From Methanobacteriota archaeon (lineage in GTDB: Archaea; Thermoplasmatota; Thermoplasmata; RBG-16-68-12; JAFNFQ01), in contig JAFNFQ010000004.1 in assembly GCA_017885655.1 (NCBI GenBank), forward strand, positions 89,373 to 153,372: a stretch of 64,000 nucleotides of DNA. The letters are read 5' to 3'. Position numbers and translations under genes: made by a program. The notes under the pieces are model-generated. The model ran no database searches, was not told the DNA's origin, and saw only the letters and a list, made by a program, of their open reading frames with translations. Shown here piece by piece: positions 1 to 9,536 of the stretch (position 1 is the first letter of the stretch; the number at the start of each line of letters is the position of its first letter).

Positions 1-3000
1 GCCTGTCAGGTTGATATGGTCGACCGCGACCGCGCGCAGGGTGACCCCGTTGATGGGGACGCCTGGAATCCACAGGTATGAGCCGTCGATCGTGAAGTCG
101 GATCCAATCGTATGCCATGAGCCGTCGAAGTAAGTGAAGTTAACGCGCACGACATCGGAATCCGTCGTGTATGCGATTGTGAGCGTCCCGTCCACCGCTT
201 GGTTGTCCACCACGGTTCCGATCGTGATTGTGGGCGGCGTGTTGTCGACATCAATCGGGGAGACGATGGTCATGTTCGTGGCCGTCACGTTGTTCGTCAC
301 TGTGGCAAGGAGACTGCCGCTCGCGAAGTCCAGTCCAGAGGTATCCCAATAATAAGTGCCATTGAGGGTTGCGGTGCTCCCAATAGGTGTCCAGCCCATC
401 CCATCATTGTAGTCGAACTGGACCGAGACAGAGTCCGTGCTGTTCGTATACACTATTGGCACGACGCCCGTCAGGAGTGCCCCCGATGCAGGGAAGCTGA
501 TCGCTATCCATGGTGGTGTGCCGAGAATCACGTGGATTTGCGCTGTCCCGATGATTATTCCGAAGGAAGCTTGCAGGGTCCCGTTGGCGGCGGGCGGGTT
601 GGATGTGAAAAGAACATCTTGTCCCCATGAGATGTTGAGGCTGCCGACACCACCACCGACAGCCCATGTGAAGTTCACGTCGGGTATGGTGTTGTTGTAT
701 GAATCGTACGCCTGTGCGTTGAAAATCTGAGACGCGAATGCAGGCATTGTGACGTTGTCCGGCGTGACAACTATGCGGTTCACGGGGCCGGGCGAGACGG
801 TGATGTTGTCGCTGAGACCGGTGACGGTGCTGAAGTTGGAGAAGATTCTGATAGTCTCTGCTTTGGTGTACGTCTCTGTTGCCAAGGTGGCGGCACCGCC
901 CGCCGAAATCACGAGCGATGCCGTACCCAAGACACCCCCGCCAGGTGTTATCCCGTCTGGGAGGCGAGCCTCCAGGGCGACAATGCCTGTCCAGGAGGTC
1001 ATCGTCGCGTTCAAGATGTCTTTCGCGGTCACAGTGACCGCGAACGGCGCTCCGGCGACCGCGGACGACGGGGCAGTCACGTAGAAGTGGTCGAGCCGGT
1101 GGGTGTATGTGAACCGGATTTCCTCAAGCACGGGAGTGATTAGGGTGTTGGCCGTGGATAGACTGGCACGGAAACGGATCTTTCCAGTCGCGATGCTTGC
1201 GGTCCGGAGATTCGCGGGTGGCGTGACAGCTATCCATGTACTGCCGGAGTCGAGGGAGTATTGGTACGAAATCGTCTGGCCATTGAGATTCTCCACAACT
1301 GTGAAGTTACCCCAAGCGGAGAGATCCGCCGGCACGAGGTCGTTTGTCTCGATTGTCCCTGCCGGTGGATAACGGAAATAGGATATGTTCACATCCCCTA
1401 TGACTGGCATATGCCCTGGGTTGGTGACCGAGAGAAGGAGGCGGTAATCGACCCACCGCGAACTCCCTGTCATCGGGGAAGTCGATGAACTCGGGTATGG
1501 CGCAGGCCATCCAGACCACGTGGCGTCCACAGGATTCGTGTCTCCGATGCGGGTCTGAACAGTGACCGTTGCGTCATTGGGAAGTGTGAAGCGAACATAA
1601 TCCACATCAACTGGGAGTGCGGTGCCGGAGAACCCATCGGTAACGAAGAACGCAGCCCGGACTCCGAGCGTATACTCGAACGAGGGTGTATATGTGTCCC
1701 GGACGGTCCATGCGGCACCGTTCGTGCTGGTCGAAGCGGTAAATGTGTTTCCCACGCGCCGGATCCGGACCCACGCGGGGACGGGGTTGCCGCTGGCGAC
1801 GTCTACGCGGACCGTAGTGGCGGCATCGTCCGTCGCATAAACCCTCCAGTTCCTCGGCCCGCCCACATTCGTCTTCGATATGCTGTACCAATTATGGTTG
1901 TCAACGAGGATCATGAGGCCAGATTTCTGGCCATTCACAGCGGGGTTCACGCTGTATTTCATAATGGCGGTGAAATCCCCGACGAGTCTCTCCGAGAGGA
2001 CATTGCCTGTGAACGTCCCGTCAGTGAAGTCAGTCCCGGTACTCGAGACGACATGGAGGCTCCCGGGCGTGGTCACGCCGACATTATATGAGGACGGCGG
2101 GTTAGTCCACGCCCATTTCGGGTCCAAGGAAGCGCCATTGAACTCATCCGAGACGAGGTCTCGGACCGACGGGTTCCACGAGATGTTCTTCCATGCGGCT
2201 GTGGTTCCTGGGCCGCCCACCTTGGAGATATACTCGGCAGTGGCCCCGACCACTCTGTACCAGATCTCCAGCTTCGGACGTCGGGTCGAGTCGATTGCGT
2301 AGTCTGAGGAGTAGAAAGTCTTGTCCGAGTCTGTCCCGGGGTTCGGCCCTTCGATCAGCAGGCCGTAGTTGGGCAGCCGCCCACGGTACCATAGGTCGAC
2401 AAGCTGGGTGACGTTCCAGGTCCTCCAGCCAGCTGTGTTGTCGATGAACGTCTGGTCGATCACGCGCACGCTGAAATCGCCGCCCGCGGTCCCCCATTTG
2501 ATTCCGGTGAGCCGATCGCTCCACGTCACCTGGGCCTCGTTCCACTGTGCAACCACATGGTGGAGGCTCGCGGTGAAGGAGTTGCCGAATCCCGCGCTCT
2601 GGTAGAGGCTTAATCTCGCGCCGTCAATCACTGCGCTCGCGGGAATCGCGGAAATGTCGAACCGGAGAATCGGCTGAGCGTCGGGGTTGCGGCCATCGAG
2701 GACGAGTGTGGTGCCGGCCCCGTGGTTGAGGTCCGGGTTCGTCTTCTCTAGCCACGCGTCTTCCCCGGTCGCCCCGGGCTGGAGGGTCAGGAGGGTGCCA
2801 GGCCCCGAAGGAATCGCCATTGCGACATCCCCAGGCCACCGAGCGATGTCTATGTTCGTCGCGCTGTCCGGGCCGGAGAAGTCTGCTTGGGTCGTGCTGT
2901 TCCACCAGAAGGTGGGCTGGCGCTCGAGGGTTGCATTGCTGCCCAGGATTTCCGTGTTCGTGAAGGTGTAGTCCGCAGGGTTCGTGAAGTTCCAGACAGC

Positions 3001-3132
3001 GTCTGATGTGCCGTCGGGATTATTCGTGATCGACGGGTCCGCGGAGACACGGCGTGAGAAGGGAGTTAGCGACGCCGAAGAAGCCAGCAGGACGATGCTG
3101 ATTGCCATGGCGCGCACCAAGCCGGTTCTCAT
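1..3132 (-). CDS. Large secreted/cell-surface protein, 5' part only; the gene continues past window position 1 (C-terminus outside)
   Basis: One minus-strand reading frame (codon phase 1) has no stop anywhere between 3132 and 1, so the track lists no ORF for it. ATG at 3130-3132 preceded by GGGGGAG. N-terminus MRTGLVRAMAISIVLLASSASL looks like a signal peptide. Body is Thr/Ser/Asn/Gly-rich, typical of surface-protein beta-sandwich domains. Confidence 0.6.
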   Translation of the reverse strand, partial: MRTGLVRAMAISIVLLASSASLTPFSRRVSADPSITNNPDGTSDAVWNFTNPADYTFTNTEILGSNATLERQPTFWWNSTTQADFSGPDSATNIDIARWPGDVAMAIPSGPGTLLTLQPGATGEDAWLEKTNPDLNHGAGTTLVLDGRNPDAQPILRFDISAIPASAVIDGARLSLYQSAGFGNSFTASLHHVVAQWNEAQVTWSDRLTGIKWGTAGGDFSVRVIDQTFIDNTAGWRTWNVTQLVDLWYRGRLPNYGLLIEGPNPGTDSDKTFYSSDYAIDSTRRPKLEIWYRVVGATAEYISKVGGPGTTAAWKNISWNPSVRDLVSDEFNGASLDPKWAWTNPPSSYNVGVTTPGSLHVVSSTGTDFTDGTFTGNVLSERLVGDFTAIMKYSVNPAVNGQKSGLMILVDNHNWYSISKTNVGGPRNWRVYATDDAATTVRVDVASGNPVPAWVRIRRVGNTFTASTSTNGAAWTVRDTYTPSFEYTLGVRAAFFVTDGFSGTALPVDVDYVRFTLPNDATVTVQTRIGDTNPVDATWSGWPAPYPSSSTSPMTGSSRWVDYRLLLSVTNPGHMPVIGDVNISYFRYPPAGTIETNDLVPADLSAWGNFTVVENLNGQTISYQYSLDSGSTWIAVTPPANLRTASIATGKIRFRASLSTANTLITPVLEEIRFTYTHRLDHFYVTAPSSAVAGAPFAVTVTAKDILNATMTSWTGIVALEARLPDGITPGGGVLGTASLVISAGGAATLATETYTKAETIRIFSNFSTVTGLSDNITVSPGPVNRIVVTPDNVTMPAFASQIFNAQAYDSYNNTIPDVNFTWAVGGGVGSLNISWGQDVLFTSNPPAANGTLQASFGIIIGTAQIHVILGTPPWIAISFPASGALLTGVVPIVYTNSTDSVSVQFDYNDGMGWTPIGSTATLNGTYYWDTSGLDFASGSLLATVTNNVTATNMTIVSPIDVDNTPPTITIGTVVDNQAVDGTLTIAYTTDSDVVRVNFTYFDGSWHTIGSDFTIDGSYLWIPGVPINGVTLRAVAVDHINLTG

Positions 3133-3387
3133 TGCGACGACTCCCCCTTTCATCCAGCAGTCGGGCTGCTGGGCTGGGAATCGCGATTTTACCAGTCTTC
3201 TTTCTATATAACAGGCATCTGGTGGTTATCTCTTCAGAGAATCACCACATGGAACCTCTCGAATATCGGTAAGCCCCAAATCCGTCGATTCCCGCCATTT
3301 TCAACTGCGAGAACGGCATGATGGCGGGGCGGAAAAATGGATGGATGCAGGTCGTTGGCTACTCCTGCCGTCCTCCGTAGCGCAGGC

Positions 3388-3564
3388 CTATCCCATTTCC
3401 CTTCTCACCGTGATGGGTATGACGCCTTTCTGGAACTCCAGTTCCGCGATCGAGAGCGGGTCGATGATGGTCTTGGGGACATCGACCAAGACGGGTGCAC
3501 CCATGGAGATTTGGAGTGCCCGTGCGCCCAGTATCCTTGCTCTCTCGAAGCGCGTGTATTTCAT
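3388..3564 (-). CDS. rpoK: DNA-directed RNA polymerase subunit K (Rpo6/RpoK), 58 aa
   Basis: Minus-strand translation [58 protein letters not shown] matches the conserved archaeal Rpo6 core (KYTRFE.ARI.GARALQI.MGAPVL...EF..G.IP). AGAGG lies 6 nt upstream of the ATG. Under 60 aa, so absent from the ORF track; the listed plus-strand ORF 3341-3577 is the antisense artefact. Confidence 0.8.
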   Translation of the reverse strand: MKYTRFERARILGARALQISMGAPVLVDVPKTIIDPLSIAELEFQKGVIPITVRREMG

Positions 3565-3728
3565 CGACTGCCTCTGATAATGCTCCCTAATCGATGCGTT
3601 GCTCGATACCGAACACTCGGTGCGGCTTTAGGGTTTCGGATTCTCCTCAATGGGCAGGTAGTACATGATTCTTGGCATTTGGGCATGGCTGAATCCCCCG
3701 CTTCTCTCTGGAGGAACAGAACTTGCCG

Positions 3729-4595
3729 ATGGGCAAACCTATAAATGACCGGGTCACCTACTCAACGGAGATTACCTTGGATGCACAAATACCGCCCCCG
3801 GCTGAGAAGCCTGCACGCCGCGTTATCCTGCCGGGCGACGAGGTTGCAGTGAGCGAGGAATACGAGTCGGGAGAGGGGACCTACGAGCGCGACGGGAAGA
3901 TCTATGCGACCGCGCCGGGGATTCTGAATCTCGACGACGCGAGCAAGGTCGCCCGGGTCAGGATGTTCAACCCTCCCGCGCAGCTCAAGGTCGGCGACAT
4001 AGTGTATGCGACGGTGAGCGACATCAGGAGTTCTATGGCGACGGCGCAAGTCGTCGTCCTCCATGGCGTCGACAGGCAGCTCAGCGGCGACACAGAAGCG
4101 GCAATTCACATCTCTAACGTCTCTTCCGATTACACCGAGGAGTTTAGGCAGGTGTTCTGCCTTGGGGACATCATCCGCGCCCAGGTGATCCAGGCTCAGC
4201 CTTCGCTCCAATTGACGACTGCCGGTCCGACATTGGGCGTCGTGAAGGCGCTATGTTCCGAGTGCAGGGGTCCCTTGGTGAGGAGAGGGAATGAGCTTTA
4301 CTGCGAGAGGTGCGAACACAGCGAGCAGAGGAAGATCACGTCCGACTACGGCGACCTCACGCTCGATTCGCCAGCGAAGCAGCTGAGCATCGCATTCTCC
4401 GGCGACCGCAGAGAGCGGAGGGGCGAGGGCAGAGGCGAAGGGCACGGGTACCGCGGAGGGGACAGAGGGGACAGGGGCGACAGCGGAGATCAGAGAGGCG
4501 GGAGAGGCCGAGGTCCCCCGCGGAGAGGTGGTTACGAACACCGTGGCGGCGGCGGGAGAGGCAGGCCGCCGAGGCGCGATGGCCCCAGGCACTGA
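3729..4595 (+). CDS. csl4: Exosome complex RNA-binding subunit Csl4 (S1 domain + Zn-ribbon) with an unusual C-terminal RGG/RGD-rich tail
   Basis: S1-like core followed by CSECRGPLV...CERCEH zinc ribbon. C-terminal roughly 80 aa are GDRGDRGDSGDQRGGRGRGPPRRGG repeats. The track start at 3723 is TTG; the ATG at 3729 is more likely. Confidence 0.8.
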   Translation: MGKPINDRVTYSTEITLDAQIPPPAEKPARRVILPGDEVAVSEEYESGEGTYERDGKIYATAPGILNLDDASKVARVRMFNPPAQLKVGDIVYATVSDIRSSMATAQVVVLHGVDRQLSGDTEAAIHISNVSSDYTEEFRQVFCLGDIIRAQVIQAQPSLQLTTAGPTLGVVKALCSECRGPLVRRGNELYCERCEHSEQRKITSDYGDLTLDSPAKQLSIAFSGDRRERRGEGRGEGHGYRGGDRGDRGDSGDQRGGRGRGPPRRGGYEHRGGGGRGRPPRRDGPRH

Positions 4596-4678
4596 GTGAT
4601 GAGTGCGATAATCAGCATTATCATTCACAGCCAAAAGCATATGAACCCGCGAAGATATGCATAGGGTGTAGGTAGCAG

Positions 4679-4843
4679 ATGCCGCAATCCACTGAGGAAC
4701 TTCTACAGGAGATCCAACGGCTCAGGACGGAGATTCAGCAGCTGCGCGAGATGGTGAACGCGCTGTTCAACGCGGTCTTCGAGGATCTCGAGGAAGACTG
4801 GGACACGCTCCCGCACCGCGAAGACTTTAACGCCTACAACTGA
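4679..4843 (+). CDS. Small hypothetical coiled-coil protein (54 aa)
   Basis: ATG preceded by AGGGTGTAGGTAG. Translation MPQSTEELLQEIQRLRTEIQQLREMVNALFNAVFEDLEEDWDTLPHREDFNAYN. Stop TGA overlaps the ATG at 4843. Under 60 aa, not in track. Confidence 0.3.
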   Translation: MPQSTEELLQEIQRLRTEIQQLREMVNALFNAVFEDLEEDWDTLPHREDFNAYN

Positions 4844-4863
4844 TGCCTTGCCGGCTTGACGGC

Positions 4864-6066
4864 ATGAGCGACATTACTTCTCTAGTCTCTCGTCACGACG
4901 AGTGGCGGCTTCGCGAGTGCATCAACCTGCAGTGTTCCGAGAACGTCACGAGCAAGGCGGTCAGGAAGATACTATCCTCCGACATGGGCCATAGGTACAC
5001 GCTGCCCATCAACCAGGACGTGCACGGGTCATTTGTCGAGAACGCGTACCGTGGGACGCGGTACATGGACGAGATAGAGGCGTTGGGGGAGAAGCTGGCC
5101 GCAGAACTCTTCGGCGGGAAGTTCGCGACGGTCAAGCCGCTCTCGGGCCACATTGCCGCAATGATCATGCTCACTGCGATTTGCAGGAAAGGTAACAGGA
5201 TGCTCGTCGTGGACGCGAGGCATGGCGGGTATGACGGCTATCTTCCAGAGAACATGGCCGGCATGTTCGGCTTCAAGGCGGGTTTCCTTCCTTTCGACAA
5301 GAGGAGGTGGAATGTTGATTCCGGCGCTGCGGCTCGCAAGATCAGGAAGGAGAAACCTAGGCTCGTGGTCCTGGGGGCCAGCTTCATCCTGTTCCCATAC
5401 GATATTCGGCCAATACGAGAAGCTGCTGACGACGTCGGTGCGCGGCTCGGCTACGACGGATCCCACGTCCTCGGGCTGATGGCGGGAGGCGAATTCCAGA
5501 AGCCTTTCGAAGAGGGTGTCGACATCCTTGTGGGGAGCACGCACAAGTCATTGTTCGGGCCGCAGGGAGGGCTAGTGGTCTGCCGGGATGACAGCCTGGC
5601 CGATGACGTCCGGAAGGCGTTCTACTGGAAGGTCATGGACAACGCTCACTGGAACAGGATCGCCGCGTTGACGCAGGCGCTGTCGGAAGTGAAGAGACAT
5701 GGGGCGAAGTATGCGCGGCAGGTCGTGAAGAACTCGAAGGCCCTCGCGTCTTCCCTGCATCGTGGCGGGTTGGAGTTGAGGTTTCCAGAGCTCGACTTCA
5801 CCGAATGCCACCAGATGCACGTCGATGAGCGCGCGCTCAAGGCGGATTGGAATCTCACCCTGGACCAGTATGCCAAGAAACTGGAGAGGAGCAACCTGAT
5901 CGTCGACGCGGTCGGCCGCATCGGGACGAATGAGCTCACGAGGTTGGGCGGGCGGGAGGAGACCACCTCCGAGATCGCAGACATGATTCTTCGTGCCCTG
6001 AAAGATGAGGACGTAGCGCGGGAAGTTGCCGCCCTGCGCTCCAATCTCAGGATGAGTTACTGCTAG
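4864..6066 (+). CDS. glyA: Serine hydroxymethyltransferase (archaeal type)
   Basis: Motifs ECINLQCSEN and GSTHKSLFGPQGG (PLP-lysine region). The N-terminus aligns with archaeal SHMT from the second Met (MSDITSLVSRHDEW); the track ORF starts at 4843. Confidence 0.9.
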   Translation: MSDITSLVSRHDEWRLRECINLQCSENVTSKAVRKILSSDMGHRYTLPINQDVHGSFVENAYRGTRYMDEIEALGEKLAAELFGGKFATVKPLSGHIAAMIMLTAICRKGNRMLVVDARHGGYDGYLPENMAGMFGFKAGFLPFDKRRWNVDSGAAARKIRKEKPRLVVLGASFILFPYDIRPIREAADDVGARLGYDGSHVLGLMAGGEFQKPFEEGVDILVGSTHKSLFGPQGGLVVCRDDSLADDVRKAFYWKVMDNAHWNRIAALTQALSEVKRHGAKYARQVVKNSKALASSLHRGGLELRFPELDFTECHQMHVDERALKADWNLTLDQYAKKLERSNLIVDAVGRIGTNELTRLGGREETTSEIADMILRALKDEDVAREVAALRSNLRMSYC

Positions 6067-6099
6067 CCAAGGGGAAAAAGACAATAAGCCACACCAGTC

Positions 6100-7125
6100 A
6101 TGTCCATCCACCGCATGCCCAATCTGGATAGATACAGCCGCCAGACAGTCCTCGAACAGGTCGGCAAGGAAGGCCAGAAGAGATTGCTCGATGCACATGT
6201 CTCCGTTCTCGGCCTCGGGGCCCTCGGAACCGTGAGTTCGACTCTGCTGGTAAGGGCCGGGGTTGGGCACCTCACCGTCATCGACAGGGACGTCGTCGAA
6301 CTCGTCAACCTCCAGAGGCAGGTACTCTATGGAGAGGATGACATCGGGCTGCCAAAGGCACCTGTAGCCGCCGCAAGACTGAGACAGATGAACTCCTCGA
6401 TCAAGGTCGAGGGCATGGCGAAGGATGTGAGCAGCGCCAATGTGCTCGGACTCCTCAAGGGTTCGGAGCTTATTCTCGACGGCACCGACAACCTCGAAAC
6501 GCGATTCCTACTGAACGAGGCTTGCGTGGAGACCGAGACTCCGTGGGTCTATGCGGGGGTCATAGGGACAGAGGGACGGGTCATGTCGATAGTCCCCGGC
6601 AAGACCGCGTGCTTCCGATGCTTCTCCAGAAGCCTTCCGGCCCCTGGGACTCTGCCAACGTGCGAGACCGCCGGGGTACTCAACTCAGTAGCTGCCGCCA
6701 CCGCGTCTCTGCAAGTAACGGAAGCCATCAAGCTGATGGTCGGGGAGGAACCTGCTGGACATCTCATGGTCCTCGACGGATGGTCCCCCGAACTGCTGCG
6801 AATCAAGATGCCCCGGAGCAGGACCTGTCCGGTCTGCGTCGGCGGCAAGAGGGAGTATCTTGGCGGGAGGAGACCCCAGGTGATAACCGCCCTCTGCGGC
6901 GGGAACACGATATCGTTCGACCCGCTGCACAAAGGCAAGGTCGATTTGGCGGGAATCGCGATGAGACTCGAGAAGATTGGGAAGGTTAAAGTGGCGGGCG
7001 GGGTGGTGGTCTTCGAGACGGGCAGGCACAGAATGACGATATTTGAAGATGGGCGGGCGTTAATCAAAGGCGCGCGCAGCCCGGGAGAGGCGAGGTCCCT
7101 CTATTCGAAGTACGTCGGGCTGTGA
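6100..7125 (+). CDS. E1-like ThiF/MoeB/HesA-family adenylyltransferase with an extra C-terminal roughly 90-aa domain
   Basis: Rossmann GLGALG nucleotide-binding motif, paired CxxC (CFRC...CPVC) zinc motif, then a C-terminal extension homologous to the free-standing ORF 7810-8100. Confidence 0.85.
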   Translation: MSIHRMPNLDRYSRQTVLEQVGKEGQKRLLDAHVSVLGLGALGTVSSTLLVRAGVGHLTVIDRDVVELVNLQRQVLYGEDDIGLPKAPVAAARLRQMNSSIKVEGMAKDVSSANVLGLLKGSELILDGTDNLETRFLLNEACVETETPWVYAGVIGTEGRVMSIVPGKTACFRCFSRSLPAPGTLPTCETAGVLNSVAAATASLQVTEAIKLMVGEEPAGHLMVLDGWSPELLRIKMPRSRTCPVCVGGKREYLGGRRPQVITALCGGNTISFDPLHKGKVDLAGIAMRLEKIGKVKVAGGVVVFETGRHRMTIFEDGRALIKGARSPGEARSLYSKYVGL

Positions 7126-7138
7126 CCTGAGGAAGTGA

Positions 7139-7813
7139 ATGATGACCAACATCGCTGGAAAGGGGTTGTTGCTCTTGAGTGGTGGGTTCGACAGCCCCGT
7201 GGCCGGCCACCTCATGAAGCAGCAGGGCCTTGACATCGACGCGATCCATTTCTCGCTCGAACCCGTCACCGACGACGCAGCCGAGAAGAAGTGCATGGAG
7301 CTCGCGAGGATAGTCGGGCTTCGAAAGGTGTATGTCGCGAAAGTCGGGGACGCATTCACGAAGATTGCGGCGATGTGCTCACACCGATTCTATTTCGTCC
7401 TCAGCAAGAGGCTGATGGTCCGGGTGGCCGAGGCCGTGGCCAGGCGCGACGGCTACAGCTTCCTCGTCACGGGGGAGAACCTCGGACAGGTCTCGAGCCA
7501 GACGCTGCAGAACCTGACTGTCATCGACAATGCCGCCAGGATCCCGGTTTTGCGTCCGCTTCTCGGCTTCGACAAGCAGGAGATAATCTCGGTGGCGAAG
7601 AAGCTGGGAACATACGAGACCTCGAAGGGCCCTGAGATATGCGACGCGCTCGGCCCCGACAAGCCGTCGACAGCCGCCACTCTGCCGGAGATCCTTCAAG
7701 AGGAGACTAATCTGAACGGCGAGGGGCTTGTCGAGAAAGTGGTCGGTGATATGGAAGAGAGAGCGATACCTCGCGACGCCAAAGCCGCCGACAAGAGGGA
7801 GGCCGCTGGATGA
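7139..7813 (+). CDS. PP-loop ATPase, ThiI-like catalytic domain only (no THUMP, no rhodanese domain)
   Basis: SGGFDSP PP-loop signature within residues 13-20. The ORF starts 14 nt after the E1-like gene, so there is no room for an N-terminal THUMP/ferredoxin-like domain. Confidence 0.75.
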   Translation: MMTNIAGKGLLLLSGGFDSPVAGHLMKQQGLDIDAIHFSLEPVTDDAAEKKCMELARIVGLRKVYVAKVGDAFTKIAAMCSHRFYFVLSKRLMVRVAEAVARRDGYSFLVTGENLGQVSSQTLQNLTVIDNAARIPVLRPLLGFDKQEIISVAKKLGTYETSKGPEICDALGPDKPSTAATLPEILQEETNLNGEGLVEKVVGDMEERAIPRDAKAADKREAAG

Positions 7814-8100
7814 CCTATTACTTGCTCAAGCCCTGCAAGACCTCCGCGGGCTTCACGAGCACCTTGAAAAAGAGGACGAAGCTCAATCTCAAGGACGCGA
7901 AGCCGAAGTTGGAGGCGGCGGGATACAAGGTAACCGATGTCGAGGTCATGCTCATCCTCGAGGGCCCGGGGGGCATGACTGTCTACGAGAGCGGCAAGAT
8001 CCTCCTCAAGACGAACGACAAGGATGAGGCGCAGCATCAGATTGATTCAGTCTACGGGATCCTAGGTCTGTCTGAAGAGAAGGCCGAGACCCCCGCCTAA
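7810..8100 (+). CDS. Small protein (96 aa) that is a stand-alone copy of the domain fused to the C-terminus of the E1-like protein
   Basis: ATGA overlap with the PP-loop gene. KLNLKDAKPKLEAAGYKVTDVEVMLILEGPGGMTVYESGKILLKTNDKDEA aligns with KVDLAGIAMRLEKIGKVKVAGGVVVFETGRHRMTIFEDGRALIKGARSPGEA of the 6100-7125 product. Confidence 0.6.
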   Translation: MTYYLLKPCKTSAGFTSTLKKRTKLNLKDAKPKLEAAGYKVTDVEVMLILEGPGGMTVYESGKILLKTNDKDEAQHQIDSVYGILGLSEEKAETPA

Positions 8101-8603
8101 TGCTTATCTATATGCATTCCGAATCCACCGTCGTGAGATTCGTCCTGGACACCTCGGCTCTCATGAGCGGCAAGACGTTCGAGGGCGATCTGTACACGAC
8201 GCCGGAGGTTCTGAGCGAACTCAGGAGGTTCGGCGTTACCCCGCAGCTTGAGGCCTTCATCGAGAACAAGGTCCGAATCGTCACTCCCGGTGACGAGTCA
8301 GTCGATGTGGTGAAGCGCAAGGCCGAAGAGACGGGGGACGTCAATCGGTTGTCGCCGACGGACATCGGCATCCTCGCGTTGGCGGTCGAATTGAGAGCGG
8401 CTCTTGTGACAGACGACTATTCCATCGAGAACACGGCGAAGGCGATGGGCATCCGGTACGATACGGTGATGATGCCAGCGATCAAGGAGGAGGTCCACTG
8501 GCGGTATCGCTGCACCGGCTGTCTCAAGTTCTGGCCCGAATGGCACAGCGCGTGCCCGGTTTGCGGCGCTCGGCTAAAGACATCCAGATCGAAGAAGAAG
8601 TGA
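8100..8603 (+). CDS. nob1: Nob1-like endonuclease (PIN domain + C-terminal zinc ribbon)
   Basis: VLDTSAL PIN motif, later TDD acidic residues, C-terminal CTGC...CPVCG ribbon. Size matches archaeal Nob1. Overlaps the previous stop (TAATG). Confidence 0.8.
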   Translation: MLIYMHSESTVVRFVLDTSALMSGKTFEGDLYTTPEVLSELRRFGVTPQLEAFIENKVRIVTPGDESVDVVKRKAEETGDVNRLSPTDIGILALAVELRAALVTDDYSIENTAKAMGIRYDTVMMPAIKEEVHWRYRCTGCLKFWPEWHSACPVCGARLKTSRSKKK

Positions 8604-9386
8604 CTACTTCCCGAAGCGCCTGTGGCGCATCTGATAGGATCTTATGGCCCGCAAGAAGTCAATTTTCCTGAAGCCCGGCCAGTAGACGTCCACGAAGTAC
8701 AGTTCGGAGTAGGCGAGCTGCCACAGGAAGAAGTTGCTGATCCTCTCCTCCCCGCTGGTCCTCAGGATCAGGTCCGGGTCCGGGATATCGGCCGTCCATA
8801 ATCGCCTCGAGAAGAACTTCTCGTCAACGTCTTCCGGCGCAATCTTCCCGCTGCGCGCGTCTCGCACGAGCCCCCTGATGGCGTCGAGGATCTCCTCTCT
8901 CCCGCCATAAGCGATAGCGAGGTTCAGCCTGTACTTGTCGTATCCCTTGGTTCTGGCCTCGCAGTATTCGATTGCCTCGACGACCTCCCTCGGGAGCATG
9001 TCCCGCCGCCCGAGGACCGTGATCCGTATCTGGTTCTTGTGTACCCTCCCCTCGTCGCCCGCCCTGCGGAAGTTCTCGGCGAAGAGGCGCATGATGTGCC
9101 CGACCTCCTCCGTGTCCCTCGAGAAGTTCTCGGTGGAGAAGGCGTACACGGTAAGGATCTTGACGCCGGCCTCGAGGCACCACTCCAGGACCTCCTCCAG
9201 CTTCTCCCGCCCCTTCTCGTGCCCGGTCAGCGGCCTCAGCCCTATCGATTCAGCGAACCGCCGGTTGCCGTCCATGATTATGGCGACATGCTCGGGGACG
9301 GGTCGCGATTTGACCTGCTGGACTAGGTTCCTCTCGTAGGCCTGGTATGCAGCATCGCTGAGCATCTTGGAGATATCGACAGGCAA
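8604..9386 (-). CDS. uppS: Undecaprenyl-diphosphate synthase-type cis-prenyltransferase
   Basis: HVAIIMDGNRRFA, LTVYAFSTENFSR and the C-terminal RTSGEERISNFFLWQ motifs. Confidence 0.9.
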   Translation of the reverse strand: MPVDISKMLSDAAYQAYERNLVQQVKSRPVPEHVAIIMDGNRRFAESIGLRPLTGHEKGREKLEEVLEWCLEAGVKILTVYAFSTENFSRDTEEVGHIMRLFAENFRRAGDEGRVHKNQIRITVLGRRDMLPREVVEAIEYCEARTKGYDKYRLNLAIAYGGREEILDAIRGLVRDARSGKIAPEDVDEKFFSRRLWTADIPDPDLILRTSGEERISNFFLWQLAYSELYFVDVYWPGFRKIDFLRAIRSYQMRHRRFGK

Positions 9387-9536
9387 CGACCGTTCTCATC
9401 GTCCATCCGCTTATTAACTTTCTCGGCGAGCCGATTCCGCAGGATCCTCTCAGCCAGAATCGCTAGTCCCGAAACTTTAAGTAGAACACCTTTTATCAAT
9501 CAGCCAGATACAAACAGGAATCCTCCAGTGGAGCCG

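Noticed and set aside
3341-3577. 78-aa plus-strand ORF
   Set aside because: Antisense to the clear RpoK gene.
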